NCBI GenBank assembly: GCA_036261625.1
Contig: DATAKL010000019.1
Coordinates: 5,185 to 69,184, forward strand
Length of the DNA: 64,000 nt
From: Ignavibacteriales bacterium
GTDB taxonomy: Bacteria > Bacteroidota > Ignavibacteria > Ignavibacteriales > SURF-24
Reading direction: 5' to 3'
The notes below the pieces were generated by a model that was not told where the DNA came from, did no database searches, and worked only from the letters and a program-made list of their open reading frames with translations. Positions 1 to 9,475 of the stretch are shown one piece after another; within the stretch, counting starts at the first letter, position 1; the number at the start of each line of letters is the position of its first letter. The translations under genes were made by a program, and so were the position numbers.

Positions 1-1018
1 AGGAGGGTGGAAATACGGGAATAAATCGAGCGCATTTCAGGCGGCAAGGCTTCTTTTGCCCAAAGGCTATGCAGTTGCCGGAATAAATTACAGATTAAGC
101 CAGGATTCCATTTTTCCGGCACAGCTGAACGACTGTAAAGCTGCCATCAGGTTCTTAAGAGCAAACGCCCGGAAATTCAGTATAGATCCCGAAAGGATCG
201 GCGTCTGGGGCTCATCTGCCGGGGGGCATCTCTCAGCACTCCTTGGAACTACAGGAGGCGTTATGACTTCTGTAAGCGGCGGCATTATGATGAATATTGA
301 AGGGAGTGTAGGAGGATATTTTGACTACAGCAGCCGCGTTCAGGCTGTATGCGACTTTTACGGACCCACGGATTTCCTAAGAATGGACGGCTATCACCTG
401 CAGCCAAGATCAAACGAATCGATGCTCATAGGAGGCCCGATCAGGAAGAACATCGACCGGTGCATGCTTGCCAACCCCATTAGATACGTAAGTCCCGATG
501 ATCCTCCTTTTTTCATAGCCCACGGAACAAAAGATCCTGTAGTGCCCTTTAACCAGAGCGACATCCTCAATAAAGCCTTAAAACAGGCGTTCTCCAAAAA
601 CAGGAAGGAAGTGGTCTTCTACCCGGTAAAGGATGCCATTCACGGGGGCAAGGCCTTTGATTCTGAGGTTCTTCTTAAAAGAGTAGTCTCCTTCTTTGAC
701 CGCAACCTGAAAGAGCCCAAATTGGAAACTGACCCTCTGAGCGAAAATCCAGACAGGTTTGACCTCGGGCAGAATTACCCAAACCCTTTTAACCCTTTTA
801 CAATCATAAACTACAGCATTCAAAGCCCCGGGCCGGTTAATCTTGAGGTGTTTGACTGCAGGGGGCGCGAAGTAGCACATCTTGTAAAAGGCTACGCGAT
901 GCCCGGCAGTTACAGCATCAGTTTTAATCCTTCCAAAGCTGTCAGAGGGGGCATTTATTACTATCGCCTCACCGCCGGGAAAAATACCATGTCAAGAAAG
1001 ATGCTCCTGCTTAGATGA
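1..1018 (+). CDS. alpha/beta-hydrolase esterase (carbohydrate-esterase-like) with T9SS C-terminal sorting domain; 5' end cut by window edge
   Basis: The frame is open from nt 2 to the stop at 1016-1018, so the listed TTG at 56 is internal. Upstream residues GGWKYGNKSS resemble the HGGGW oxyanion region. There is a GxSxG nucleophile elbow G-S-S-A-G (nt ~209-223) and an HGTKDPVVP block near the C-terminal catalytic residues. The last ~85 aa (nt ~758-1015: DLGQNYPNPFNPFTIINYSI...GIYYYRL) fit the T9SS type-A sorting-domain pattern. Confidence 0.8.
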   Translation, partial: GGWKYGNKSSAFQAARLLLPKGYAVAGINYRLSQDSIFPAQLNDCKAAIRFLRANARKFSIDPERIGVWGSSAGGHLSALLGTTGGVMTSVSGGIMMNIEGSVGGYFDYSSRVQAVCDFYGPTDFLRMDGYHLQPRSNESMLIGGPIRKNIDRCMLANPIRYVSPDDPPFFIAHGTKDPVVPFNQSDILNKALKQAFSKNRKEVVFYPVKDAIHGGKAFDSEVLLKRVVSFFDRNLKEPKLETDPLSENPDRFDLGQNYPNPFNPFTIINYSIQSPGPVNLEVFDCRGREVAHLVKGYAMPGSYSISFNPSKAVRGGIYYYRLTAGKNTMSRKMLLLR

Positions 1019-1154
1019 CACTTATTCAGTTTTTGTTAGCTGTTATTCCTGAAAGCCCCCAAATTGTTGGATTGAAATAGTAACAGGGAATAGTATATTA
1101 AATTTAACGGCAATTACAGACAAATAAGAAAAGATTAATCAGGAGACTCTATTT

Positions 1155-1340
1155 ATGTGTGCTATGAATTTGTATCAGACCAGGTCGAAGCTTTGGGTAT
1201 GGGTTAGTGTAATAATTTTCAGCCTCGTTCTGCTTGCAGTTATAATTATCTTTATCTCCCAGCCCGTGGCAGTCCGCAGAATGCCTGCAACTTCAGGAAA
1301 CCCTTCAGTTACCGATACAGCAGCGGCCAGGGGCAAGTAA
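1155..1340 (+). CDS. hypothetical small membrane protein (61 aa)
   Basis: The ORF has an AGGAG-like RBS (aggagactctattt-ATG) and one strongly hydrophobic helix (LWVWVSVIIFSLVLLAVIIIFI). No family was recognised, and it may be non-coding. Confidence 0.3.
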   Translation: MCAMNLYQTRSKLWVWVSVIIFSLVLLAVIIIFISQPVAVRRMPATSGNPSVTDTAAARGK

Positions 1341-1491
1341 TATATCCGCCCGGAAAAAGAATTCTGACTGATAGGTGATTCACGCTGACAAAGAGCGAGA
1401 GTCCCATAGATTTTTAGTGCCTGATTCCGTGAATATCGCTAAATTACAGGACATTAAATTATGATCCTGTTAATATATTCCGGGGAATTAA

Positions 1492-4236
1492 ATGCGATTA
1501 CTCCTTAGACCATTACTTTCCATCCTTATAGTGCTATTCCTTTTTACCTCAATTCCGGCACAAAGGCAGCTGTATAAGTCGGATGCCTATAGTGTTTATT
1601 CCGACAGGGTAGTACAGAACGGTTTTACTGCAATGGCTAAATCCAGGACTGAACTGGTCAGCGACTATAAAAGCCAGTTCAGGAAGAAAACCCAGAGGAC
1701 CATTGTAATGAAGTTCAGCCTTAACGGTCTCGACAATGAAAGAGCCCCGGGGCAGGATCACCATTTCATTTTTGTCCCCGGAATTAAAAGGGACACGGCT
1801 TTCTTCACATTCGGCAAGCCTGATACCGGAATTATCTACAGGACCATGGAAAAAAGAAGCAAGACAGTCCCCAAAGATCCATACCTTGAAGAGGATAAGG
1901 ATCTCGTCATACGCCTTGATATGCGCGGGGTGCTTAGTGATTTTAAGAATAAAGGATATTTTCAGACATACGACAGCACAAGGTTTCCTGCCCGCGATTT
2001 TAAGGGGGTCTACGTGGCAGGTGCAAATGAACCGCTTAACTGGAATTTCCCGGCCCTGCCTGAAAGACCTGATGTGAAGCTGAAGGACCCGGACCATGAC
2101 GGGATCTATGAAGTCCTTATCCATTTCCCAAGGGAGTTCTCTCCAGAAGAAAAAGGAAACGCGCTGAAAAGCTGGAAACTTCAGAAGGATATCTCGCGCT
2201 TCCCGCAGTATGAGTCACCTGATGTCCTGGTCGACGCCTTATATAACAAGGCTCTGGAGGAGATGATGCAGGACGTGCGCAGTGACGGGGCTTTTATGGC
2301 AGGAGCACAGTGGACAGGCGTATGGACACGCGACATCAGCTACAGCATTCTCCTCTCACTTGCAATTGTTAACCCCGATGCCTCAAAAATAAGCCTTATG
2401 GCAAAGGTGAAAAACGGCATTATAATTCAGGATACCGGTACCGGAGGCGCCTGGCCCGTCTCATCTGACAGAATGACCTGGGCCCTGGCGGCCTGGGAAG
2501 TCTTTAAGACTACAGGAGACATGACCTGGCTTAAAACTTCATACGGCATAATTAAAAAATCTGCCCTGGCCGACCTTCAGGATGTACGGGACACTTCAAC
2601 AGGTCTTTTCTCCGGCGAATCATCCTTCCTCGACTGGCGCGAACAGACCTACCCCGGGTGGATGGATCCCAAGGATATATATAAATCAAAAAACCTCGGC
2701 ACAAACGCAGTGCACTATGAAACCTACCGTATCCTTTCGGAAATGGCAAAACTTCTTGGTGAAGACTCTGATAAATATAACCAGGTTGCCGAAGGAATAA
2801 AAGTGGGAATGAACCGGTATCTCTGGATGGATGACAAGGGATACTTCGCTCAGTATCTTTACGGGAGAAATTATTTAAGCCTCTCGCCCAAAAGTGAGGC
2901 TCTGGGTGAAGCCTTAAGCGTTCTTTTCGACTGTGCTGGTCCTTCGGACAGGCAGAGCAAGATTATCAGCAGTGTGCCCGTAACGGCCTTTGGAGTGCCA
3001 TGCATATATCCGGAGATACCGGCCATACCGCCTTATCATAATAATTCCGTATGGCCCTTCGTTGAAAGCTTCTGGGCCTGGGCTTCGGCTAAAACCGGAA
3101 ATGAACCTTCGGTTCTTGGTGCAATGGCATCTGTATACAGGCCTGCTGCACTGTTTCTGACCAATAAAGAAAACCTGGTAGCCCAAACGGGGGACTATCT
3201 TGGAACAGAAATTAATTCCGACCGCCAGCTCTGGAGCATCGCAGGAAACCTCGCTCTTACTTTTAGGGTGATCTTGGGAATGCGCTTTACGGGAGATTCA
3301 CTCCTGTTCATGCCTTTTATTCCAAAAGAATATGAAGGCGTAAGAACGCTTAAAAACCTCAGATACCGCAATGCAGTGCTTGAGGTTTCAGTGGAAGGCT
3401 ATGGCAATAATGTAGCCTCCGTAAGGCTTGACGGCAAGCCTTACCCTAAGGCATCCATTGCGGCTTCTTTAAGCGGCCCTCACAGACTTGAGATAATTAT
3501 TAACAACAGTATGCCTGAAGATGGAAAAGTAAACATGCAGGAAGTTGCCTTTTCGCCTGAGATCCCATTGGTTAAATATGAAGGCACAACCTTAAGCTGG
3601 AATAAAACTCCGGAGGTAAGCCTGTATGTGGTTTATAAAAACGGAATGGAAGAATTTAATACTGATAAGGCGGAGTTTGAGGTTAAACCAGTTGATCCTT
3701 ATATGGAACTTCAGGTAAAGGCGTTTGACAGAAGCGGCCTTGAATCATTTCTTAGCGCTCCTGTTACTATAACCATTTCACCTCAAGGGGACATATATAC
3801 TTTTCAGGCCGAAGACAGCGAGGCTCCGGATAAATCGGCAGGCGGGCAAGGAGATAAGTATTCAGGCTTTACAGGCACGGGCTATCTGGTGCTGGATAAA
3901 AGTAAAAACAGGGAAGTCACCTTTAAGGTTGACGTGCCGAAGACCGGACTCTACGCCTTAGATTTCAGGTATGCCAACGGGAACGGTCCTATAAATACTG
4001 AAAATAAATGCGCAGTAAGGACACTTCTTTTGGACGGCAGAAGTGCCGGCTGCATAGTTATGCCTCAGAGAGGGGACAACCTGTGGACCGACTGGGGTTA
4101 TACAAATTCACTGAGTGCGGAGTTAACGCAAGGCAGTCATATTCTTACATTGACATTCAATGATTATGATAATAATATGAATGTAGATGTAAACGGCGCA
4201 CTCTTAGACAGCATGCGCCTTATTATATTAAAATAG
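1492..4236 (+). CDS. secreted six-hairpin (alpha/alpha)6 glycoside-hydrolase-like protein (GDE_C / amylo-alpha-1,6-glucosidase-like) with C-terminal CBM6/35-like module
   Basis: 914 aa with a signal peptide. Central blocks WTGVWTRDISYS, GGAWPVSSDRMTWALAAW and PPYHNNSVWPFVESFW are reminiscent of six-hairpin glycosidases. An N-terminal beta-sandwich resembles starch-binding modules (VYVAGANEPLNWNF...DGIYEVLIHFP). The C-terminal ~130 aa (YTFQAEDSEA...GLYALDFRYANGNG...LTLTFNDYDNN) look like a CBM6/35 module. The family was assigned by eye only. Confidence 0.72.
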   Translation: MRLLLRPLLSILIVLFLFTSIPAQRQLYKSDAYSVYSDRVVQNGFTAMAKSRTELVSDYKSQFRKKTQRTIVMKFSLNGLDNERAPGQDHHFIFVPGIKRDTAFFTFGKPDTGIIYRTMEKRSKTVPKDPYLEEDKDLVIRLDMRGVLSDFKNKGYFQTYDSTRFPARDFKGVYVAGANEPLNWNFPALPERPDVKLKDPDHDGIYEVLIHFPREFSPEEKGNALKSWKLQKDISRFPQYESPDVLVDALYNKALEEMMQDVRSDGAFMAGAQWTGVWTRDISYSILLSLAIVNPDASKISLMAKVKNGIIIQDTGTGGAWPVSSDRMTWALAAWEVFKTTGDMTWLKTSYGIIKKSALADLQDVRDTSTGLFSGESSFLDWREQTYPGWMDPKDIYKSKNLGTNAVHYETYRILSEMAKLLGEDSDKYNQVAEGIKVGMNRYLWMDDKGYFAQYLYGRNYLSLSPKSEALGEALSVLFDCAGPSDRQSKIISSVPVTAFGVPCIYPEIPAIPPYHNNSVWPFVESFWAWASAKTGNEPSVLGAMASVYRPAALFLTNKENLVAQTGDYLGTEINSDRQLWSIAGNLALTFRVILGMRFTGDSLLFMPFIPKEYEGVRTLKNLRYRNAVLEVSVEGYGNNVASVRLDGKPYPKASIAASLSGPHRLEIIINNSMPEDGKVNMQEVAFSPEIPLVKYEGTTLSWNKTPEVSLYVVYKNGMEEFNTDKAEFEVKPVDPYMELQVKAFDRSGLESFLSAPVTITISPQGDIYTFQAEDSEAPDKSAGGQGDKYSGFTGTGYLVLDKSKNREVTFKVDVPKTGLYALDFRYANGNGPINTENKCAVRTLLLDGRSAGCIVMPQRGDNLWTDWGYTNSLSAELTQGSHILTLTFNDYDNNMNVDVNGALLDSMRLIILK

Positions 4237-4242
4237 GTTTTT

Positions 4243-4863
4243 ATGGAAACCATAAACTACTGGATCCAGCATTACGGCTACGGGGGGATTTACATGCTTT
4301 TAATGCTGGGTATAGTAGGCATACCTGTTCCTGATGAAACTCTTCTTGCAGTCTCGGGCTTTTTGTCATATAAGGGGGAGCTGTCGCTTATTCCGGCTTT
4401 CTTTGCAGGATTTTTAGGAAGCATAACAGGGATCACCATAAGCTACTTTATCGGAAGGGGTTTCGGGAAAGTGGTTCTTGAGAAGTACGGGCATTTCTTC
4501 CACCTTACAAAAGAGCGCCTGGAGAAAGCCCGCCAGTGGTTCAGGAAGATAGGGAAGTGGGCTCTTCTCTTCGGATATTTCATTCCCGGCGTAAGGCACG
4601 TCATATCGATCCTTGCCGGAACGACAAAAATGAATTATCCTGAATTTGCCCTTTACACATATACGGGTGGTTTTATCTGGGCTGCCACTTTTATCTCCAT
4701 AGGGTATTTTTTCGGCGAGAAGTGGCAGAAGGTCATGGAAGCCATTCATCATCATATAATTATCTCATCCATCATTTTAATCCTGATAATAACGGGCGCG
4801 ATCCTCCTTAGGAATTACTTTGCCAACAAAAAAAGTGTTCCTGCCAAAGAACCGGGCCAATAA
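4243..4863 (+). CDS. DedA family membrane protein
   Basis: A 206-aa multi-pass membrane protein with the DedA signature region (GIPVPDETLLAVSGFL ... FGYFIPGVRH). It starts 6 nt after the preceding stop. Confidence 0.85.
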   Translation: METINYWIQHYGYGGIYMLLMLGIVGIPVPDETLLAVSGFLSYKGELSLIPAFFAGFLGSITGITISYFIGRGFGKVVLEKYGHFFHLTKERLEKARQWFRKIGKWALLFGYFIPGVRHVISILAGTTKMNYPEFALYTYTGGFIWAATFISIGYFFGEKWQKVMEAIHHHIIISSIILILIITGAILLRNYFANKKSVPAKEPGQ

Positions 4864-5020
4864 AATGAAAATCTTTGTCTGACATTATTCATCCTTCATT
4901 TTTACAAACCTTGCTTTCTCCAAATGCCCAAAGCCCGTTGTAACTTTTGAATGAATTTTCTATTTTCAACAATTATTTTCATAAGAAATTTTTACTCCTA
5001 AATTATTTACAGGAAAAGTA

Positions 5021-6199
5021 ATGCTAAACCGGTTGTTTTCTGTATTCCTGCTCCTCATTCTTTTCCAATGCCGGGCTTTCCCGCAGCAGGATTCACCTAA
5101 TGTTACATCTTCAGTTATTGATTCAACTCTTGGCAGCATTACAATAAAAAGCCGTCCTTCTGAAGCAGGTGTGTTTATAGACAATTCACTTAAGGGCGTT
5201 ACCCCTTTGAAACTGACACTTCCTGCCGGTAAATATTCTCTCAGACTCCTGAAGGATGGATATGAATCTTCCGTGAATTCCTTTGAAATAACAGGGTCCG
5301 GGACCAGAACAATAGACGATTCGCTTTACTCAATTCCTAAGTTTAACATCACTACAATTCCGGCTAACGCTTTTATCTATATCGACAGCTCATATGCAGG
5401 CAGGTCTCCCATGGAAGGCTTCCAGCTTTCTTCAGGAAGGCACCGCCTGAGGGTCAGCCTCGACGGCTACAAGGATTTATTTACGAATATAACCCTGAGG
5501 CAGGGAGAAAGTTCATCTCTCAGGCTTTCACTCCTGCCAAAATTCGGTTTTCTTACTCTGAATGTGTCGCCTTCAGATGCTGAGGTTATTATAGACAGCC
5601 TGAGAATGACTCCGGAAAGGGTGCGGAAACTGAAGCTGCCGGTTGGGGAGCACGATTTGATGGTATATAACCGCATCATAGACAGGTCTATTAAAGGGAA
5701 GGTATATATTGCTCCCAGGGTGGAAAGTGAAGTAAGTGTCCCGCTGGATAAATTTTCAGCAAGAGCAGCATTGTTTTCTGCAGTTTTGCCGGGCCTGGGG
5801 CAGTTTCTGGATGGGAGTTACCTTAAAGGATCAATTGAGTTCCTGAGTGCAGCAGCAGCGGGATATCTTATTTCTTCATCATACGACATCCGCAGGCAAA
5901 GAAAGGTTGAAGAAGATCTGGCATACATGAATTATCTGCTTGCCATTGGGGAAACAGAGGCATTTACAGCTAGAGAAAGGTTAACAAGAGCTGACAGCGA
6001 CCTGAAGTCTGCAGAAAGCAGACTTACAATGTCTTTTGCTGCTTTGGGTGCCGTTTACGGCCTAACAATTATTGACGCACTCATCTTCCATTCAAAAGAA
6101 AGAAGCTTCTACATTAAAAGAACAATACTTCCATATGAAGGTCTGGAGAAGTACGGCAGCCCGGAAAATTTTGAATTGGGAGTAAACTTACGTTTTTAA
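5021..6199 (+). CDS. PEGA domain-containing envelope protein
   Basis: A signal peptide is followed by tandem PEGA-like repeats (GSITIKSRPSEAGVFIDNSLKGVTPLKLTLPAGKYSLRLLKDGYES; ITTIPANAFIYIDSSYAGRSP...GRHRLRVSLDGYKD; LTLNVSPSDAEVIID...GEHDLMVYN). Two C-terminal hydrophobic helices follow (ALFSAVLPGLGQFLDG, FAALGAVYGLTIIDALIF). Confidence 0.8.
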   Translation: MLNRLFSVFLLLILFQCRAFPQQDSPNVTSSVIDSTLGSITIKSRPSEAGVFIDNSLKGVTPLKLTLPAGKYSLRLLKDGYESSVNSFEITGSGTRTIDDSLYSIPKFNITTIPANAFIYIDSSYAGRSPMEGFQLSSGRHRLRVSLDGYKDLFTNITLRQGESSSLRLSLLPKFGFLTLNVSPSDAEVIIDSLRMTPERVRKLKLPVGEHDLMVYNRIIDRSIKGKVYIAPRVESEVSVPLDKFSARAALFSAVLPGLGQFLDGSYLKGSIEFLSAAAAGYLISSSYDIRRQRKVEEDLAYMNYLLAIGETEAFTARERLTRADSDLKSAESRLTMSFAALGAVYGLTIIDALIFHSKERSFYIKRTILPYEGLEKYGSPENFELGVNLRF

Positions 6200-6214
6200 C
6201 ATGATTAAAGCAGA

Positions 6215-7831
6215 ATGAAAATCAAATTTCTTTTACCTGTATTATTCGCCGCTCTTGCCTTAATGAGCTTAAGCTGTTCAGATGATGAAGAGCTCGTCTT
6301 CGATAACCCAAGTGATCCCTTTTCAAGTGTGTATGATCCTGGTGCTCCGGATTCACTTAAGGCAGCTGCAGTGTCGGATTCTTGCATAAGACTCTCATGG
6401 AAACCTACAAGTCTGATGGAACAGGGATTCAGGATATTCAGAAGAGTCGGACTTTACGGGGATTATAAAAAAATTGCACAGGTGCCCTCAAGGACAACAA
6501 CTTTTTTAGATGCCTTTCCTGTAAAAACCGGAATGACATACTACTACCAGGTTGCTTCATTAATGGATAACAAAATGGCTAATTTTTCTAAAGAAGCAAG
6601 TGTGTTTGTAGAATTTTTGCCCCCGTCGCTGGACCTAAAATCTATAGTTTCGAATAATGCTACAATAGTATGGAATAACCCGAGCGTCCTTACAACACAT
6701 TTTATATTGGAAAGATCGGTCAATGGCGGGCAATTTGTGCAGCTGGCTGATCTGAAAAGTGATGTTCTTTCTTATACCGATTCCGGCTTGGATAAGAATA
6801 ACTCCTACAGCTACAGAATAAAGGCGGCATCACAAAATAATGAATCTGAGTATTCTGAAAAGCTCACCTTATCTTATACGCTGACCGACCTGAAGAAAGT
6901 TCAGAGCGTTGACCTTGGAAATCCGGTACATAGCATTGTATTCAGCCCCGACGGTACAAGGCTGGCTGCATCAGGAATGTCATATTCCCTCCGAGTCTGG
7001 AATGTTTCAGACGGAGCGTTAATTTGGGATTTGGGATACAAAGGTCCTAACGTTACTTCCGCGGGTTATCCTTTTCAATTGGCCTTCAGCCATGACGGCA
7101 GACTTCTTGCTGCCGATACAGATCCGAACGTTTCACATGCAATCATTAAAATTTGGAGAATGAGCGATGGTTCACAGGCCGGGTTGATTCCCAATACAGA
7201 AGTGGAAGCAATCCATTCAATATGCTTTTCATATGATGACAGTAAAATTATGGCTGGCAATTGGAATGGGGAAGTTAAAACTTGGAATACAGCTGACACC
7301 AGATTTATAGGAAAGACCGATATATGCGGCTACGTTGGCTCTGTTTCGTTTTTATATGCCGCACGTGACGGATCAAAAATAGTTACAGGAATAAGGGGCA
7401 ATTATTCATTCCTGAACCGGGGGCTGCAGCTGTGGCAGCCCGATACCTGGCGTAATCTGGCAAACTTTAACGGATTTGAGTCTGAGTATTATGCTGTCAG
7501 CAGCGACGAAAAATATTTTGCCTATAATGGAAGGGTTGTTTCAATTTCAACGGGGGAGATTGTGGCAGATCTTCCCGGATATTCTTACGGACAGGAATCT
7601 TTCAGTATAGACGGCCAGATCCTTCTGGGGCGCTTCTACACAGGAGGACTTACGGCAACTTTTATTTCAGATAAAAATGTAACTGTTTCAAAACCAGTTC
7701 CATTGCAGTATAACTTTAACTATCCGGCAATTGCAGCTTCCCCAAAGGGTGACCTCTTTGCAATTACCGGAGAAAAATCGGGAACAATTGAATTCTGGCA
7801 AATAGTAAAAGGGTGGAGAAAAGTCTTGTAA
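6215..7831 (+). CDS. lipoprotein with fibronectin-III modules and a WD40-type beta-propeller
   Basis: It has a lipobox (LALMSLS-C) and FN3-like modules (PDSLKAAAVSDSCIRLSWKP..., NNATIVWNNPSVL...SYSYRIKA). WD40 repeats are present (VHSIVFSPDGTRLAASG...LRVWNVSDG; LAFSHDGRLLAA...IKIWRMSDG; ICFSYDDSKIMAG...VKTWN). It lies 15 nt after the PEGA gene, so the two probably form an operon. Confidence 0.72.
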   Translation: MKIKFLLPVLFAALALMSLSCSDDEELVFDNPSDPFSSVYDPGAPDSLKAAAVSDSCIRLSWKPTSLMEQGFRIFRRVGLYGDYKKIAQVPSRTTTFLDAFPVKTGMTYYYQVASLMDNKMANFSKEASVFVEFLPPSLDLKSIVSNNATIVWNNPSVLTTHFILERSVNGGQFVQLADLKSDVLSYTDSGLDKNNSYSYRIKAASQNNESEYSEKLTLSYTLTDLKKVQSVDLGNPVHSIVFSPDGTRLAASGMSYSLRVWNVSDGALIWDLGYKGPNVTSAGYPFQLAFSHDGRLLAADTDPNVSHAIIKIWRMSDGSQAGLIPNTEVEAIHSICFSYDDSKIMAGNWNGEVKTWNTADTRFIGKTDICGYVGSVSFLYAARDGSKIVTGIRGNYSFLNRGLQLWQPDTWRNLANFNGFESEYYAVSSDEKYFAYNGRVVSISTGEIVADLPGYSYGQESFSIDGQILLGRFYTGGLTATFISDKNVTVSKPVPLQYNFNYPAIAASPKGDLFAITGEKSGTIEFWQIVKGWRKVL

Positions 7832-7836
7832 CCACT

Positions 7837-9132
7837 TTATGTCAGAAATAATCCTATTGAAGCCAGAAGCATTACAAGCGTTGAAAGCCAGCCCATAAAT
7901 TTAAGCGCGCGGGAAATTGTAAAGTCACCCATTACTTTTTTGTTTCGGGACATCAGCATCATCATAACCATTACGGGGGCGGCCGTTACGCCGTTTATGA
8001 CAGCCGACCAGAAAAGAGCCTTAATAGGATTTACGGGGGTGAAATCGATTAATAGACCCAGAATTATTGAAAATGCCAGAACGCCGTAGAAATTTCTGGC
8101 CCTCCTTGGCTTCTGCTCAAGCCCCACCTTCCAGCGGAAGGTCTCTCCGACGGCATAGGCAGCGCTTCCGGCAAGAACCGGTATGGCAAGAAGCCCTGTG
8201 CCGATTATCCCCGCGCTGAAAAGAAGAAACGAGAACTCCCCGGCCAATGGCCTTAAGGCCTCGGCGGCTTTGGCAGCTGTATCAATGTCTGTAACATGAT
8301 GCGCGTTCAATGTAACGGCTGAGGCAAGAATAATGAAATATGAAACCAGGTTTGAAAAAGCCATGCCTACGTATGTGTCCACCTTAATTCTGCTAATCTG
8401 CCCCCGGGCCTGCTCGGGAGCTTTCTTTAAGGCTTCGTCCTCAACTTTTGTCTTAATTTCTTCGACTTCCTGACTTGCCTGCCAGAAGAACAGATATGGA
8501 CTGATTGTTGTGCCTAAGACAGCAATAAGCGAGGTAAGGTAAACAGGATTAAAAGAGAAGTTAGGTATAAAGGTGTTAAAGAGTGTGATCTTCCAGGGGA
8601 CTTTCACAATAAATACGGTAATTATATATGCAAAAAGCGATATTGTCAGCCACTTAAGATAGCGGACATATGACGTATAGGGAATAAAAACCTGCAGCAG
8701 TATCGAAACAACTGAAAACAGTGCAGCATAAAGAAGGGAAGGCCCTCCGATAAGAAGCTTAAGTGAACTTCCCATGGCTGCAATATCGGCTCCAATATTT
8801 ATGATGTTGGCAGTTATCATGAGTCCCACAATAATGAAGCTGATCCATCGTGGATAATATTTTCTCATATTTGCCGCAATGCCGCGCCCGGTTACGCGTC
8901 CAATTAGCGCACTGATCTGCTGAATTGCGGCCATAAGCGGGTAGGAAAGGAGTATTGTCCAGAGCATGCTATAGCCGAAATGAGCTCCCACCTGTGAATA
9001 TGTGGCTATACCGCTCGGATCGTCATCTGAGGCGCCTGTTATGAGCCCGGGACCAAGCTTCTTGAAAATTTTCCGTATTCCTTTTTTCTCTGCGCCGGCT
9101 TCAGCTACGGGATCTTCAGCGTACATTTTCAT
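7837..9132 (-). CDS. Nramp-family (divergent) cation transporter
   Basis: A 431-aa polytopic membrane protein. GPGLITGASDDDPSGIATYSQ aligns with the Nramp TM1 block (GPG...DPGN), and LGTTISPYLFFWQ aligns with the TM6 block (...MPH...). The family call is confident but the substrate is not (see findings). Confidence 0.85.
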   Translation of the reverse strand: MKMYAEDPVAEAGAEKKGIRKIFKKLGPGLITGASDDDPSGIATYSQVGAHFGYSMLWTILLSYPLMAAIQQISALIGRVTGRGIAANMRKYYPRWISFIIVGLMITANIINIGADIAAMGSSLKLLIGGPSLLYAALFSVVSILLQVFIPYTSYVRYLKWLTISLFAYIITVFIVKVPWKITLFNTFIPNFSFNPVYLTSLIAVLGTTISPYLFFWQASQEVEEIKTKVEDEALKKAPEQARGQISRIKVDTYVGMAFSNLVSYFIILASAVTLNAHHVTDIDTAAKAAEALRPLAGEFSFLLFSAGIIGTGLLAIPVLAGSAAYAVGETFRWKVGLEQKPRRARNFYGVLAFSIILGLLIDFTPVNPIKALFWSAVINGVTAAPVMVMMMLMSRNKKVMGDFTISRALKFMGWLSTLVMLLASIGLFLT

Positions 9133-9475
9133 CCGGACTTACAGGATGAAACCTTACAATTGCGCTCCTTCCCAGAGAGGATCTAACTTGCAGAACTTTT
9201 GGTGCATGGTCCTCATGCTCCTCGAAAATTATGCTTCCTGCATTGTCAATAACGTGTCTAAAGGAGGAAGAAGCACCTGCCAAGACGGTTATGGATGTAT
9301 TGCCTTCATCTACAGAGGTGATTTCAGCTCCCTGGAAGGGGAGACTTTCGGCATAATCGACCCTGTAGTCCTCATCATCAGTAATTTCAATTTTAACTAT
9401 CCGTTCCCTGTAATTTCTGCTGAAATCATCCAGAAACCTCATCCAGTTTTCACGGGGTATTTCTCTTCTTGGCAT
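9116..9475 (-). CDS. small soluble hypothetical protein co-transcribed with the Nramp-like transporter
   Basis: The listed ORF starts at a TTG (9517). The ATG at 9475, preceded by GGAGAAGCA, is the more likely start (119 aa). Its stop overlaps the Nramp start codon region by 17 nt. No family was recognised with confidence. Confidence 0.55.
   Translation of the reverse strand: MPRREIPRENWMRFLDDFSRNYRERIVKIEITDDEDYRVDYAESLPFQGAEITSVDEGNTSITVLAGASSSFRHVIDNAGSIIFEEHEDHAPKVLQVRSSLGRSAIVRFHPVSPDENVR

Noticed and set aside
1549-2124. A 191-aa ORF on the minus strand, plus 1736..2077 on the plus strand in another frame.
   Set aside because: It lies entirely inside the well-supported 914-aa glycosidase gene. 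It has no motifs or RBS and is a typical shadow ORF.
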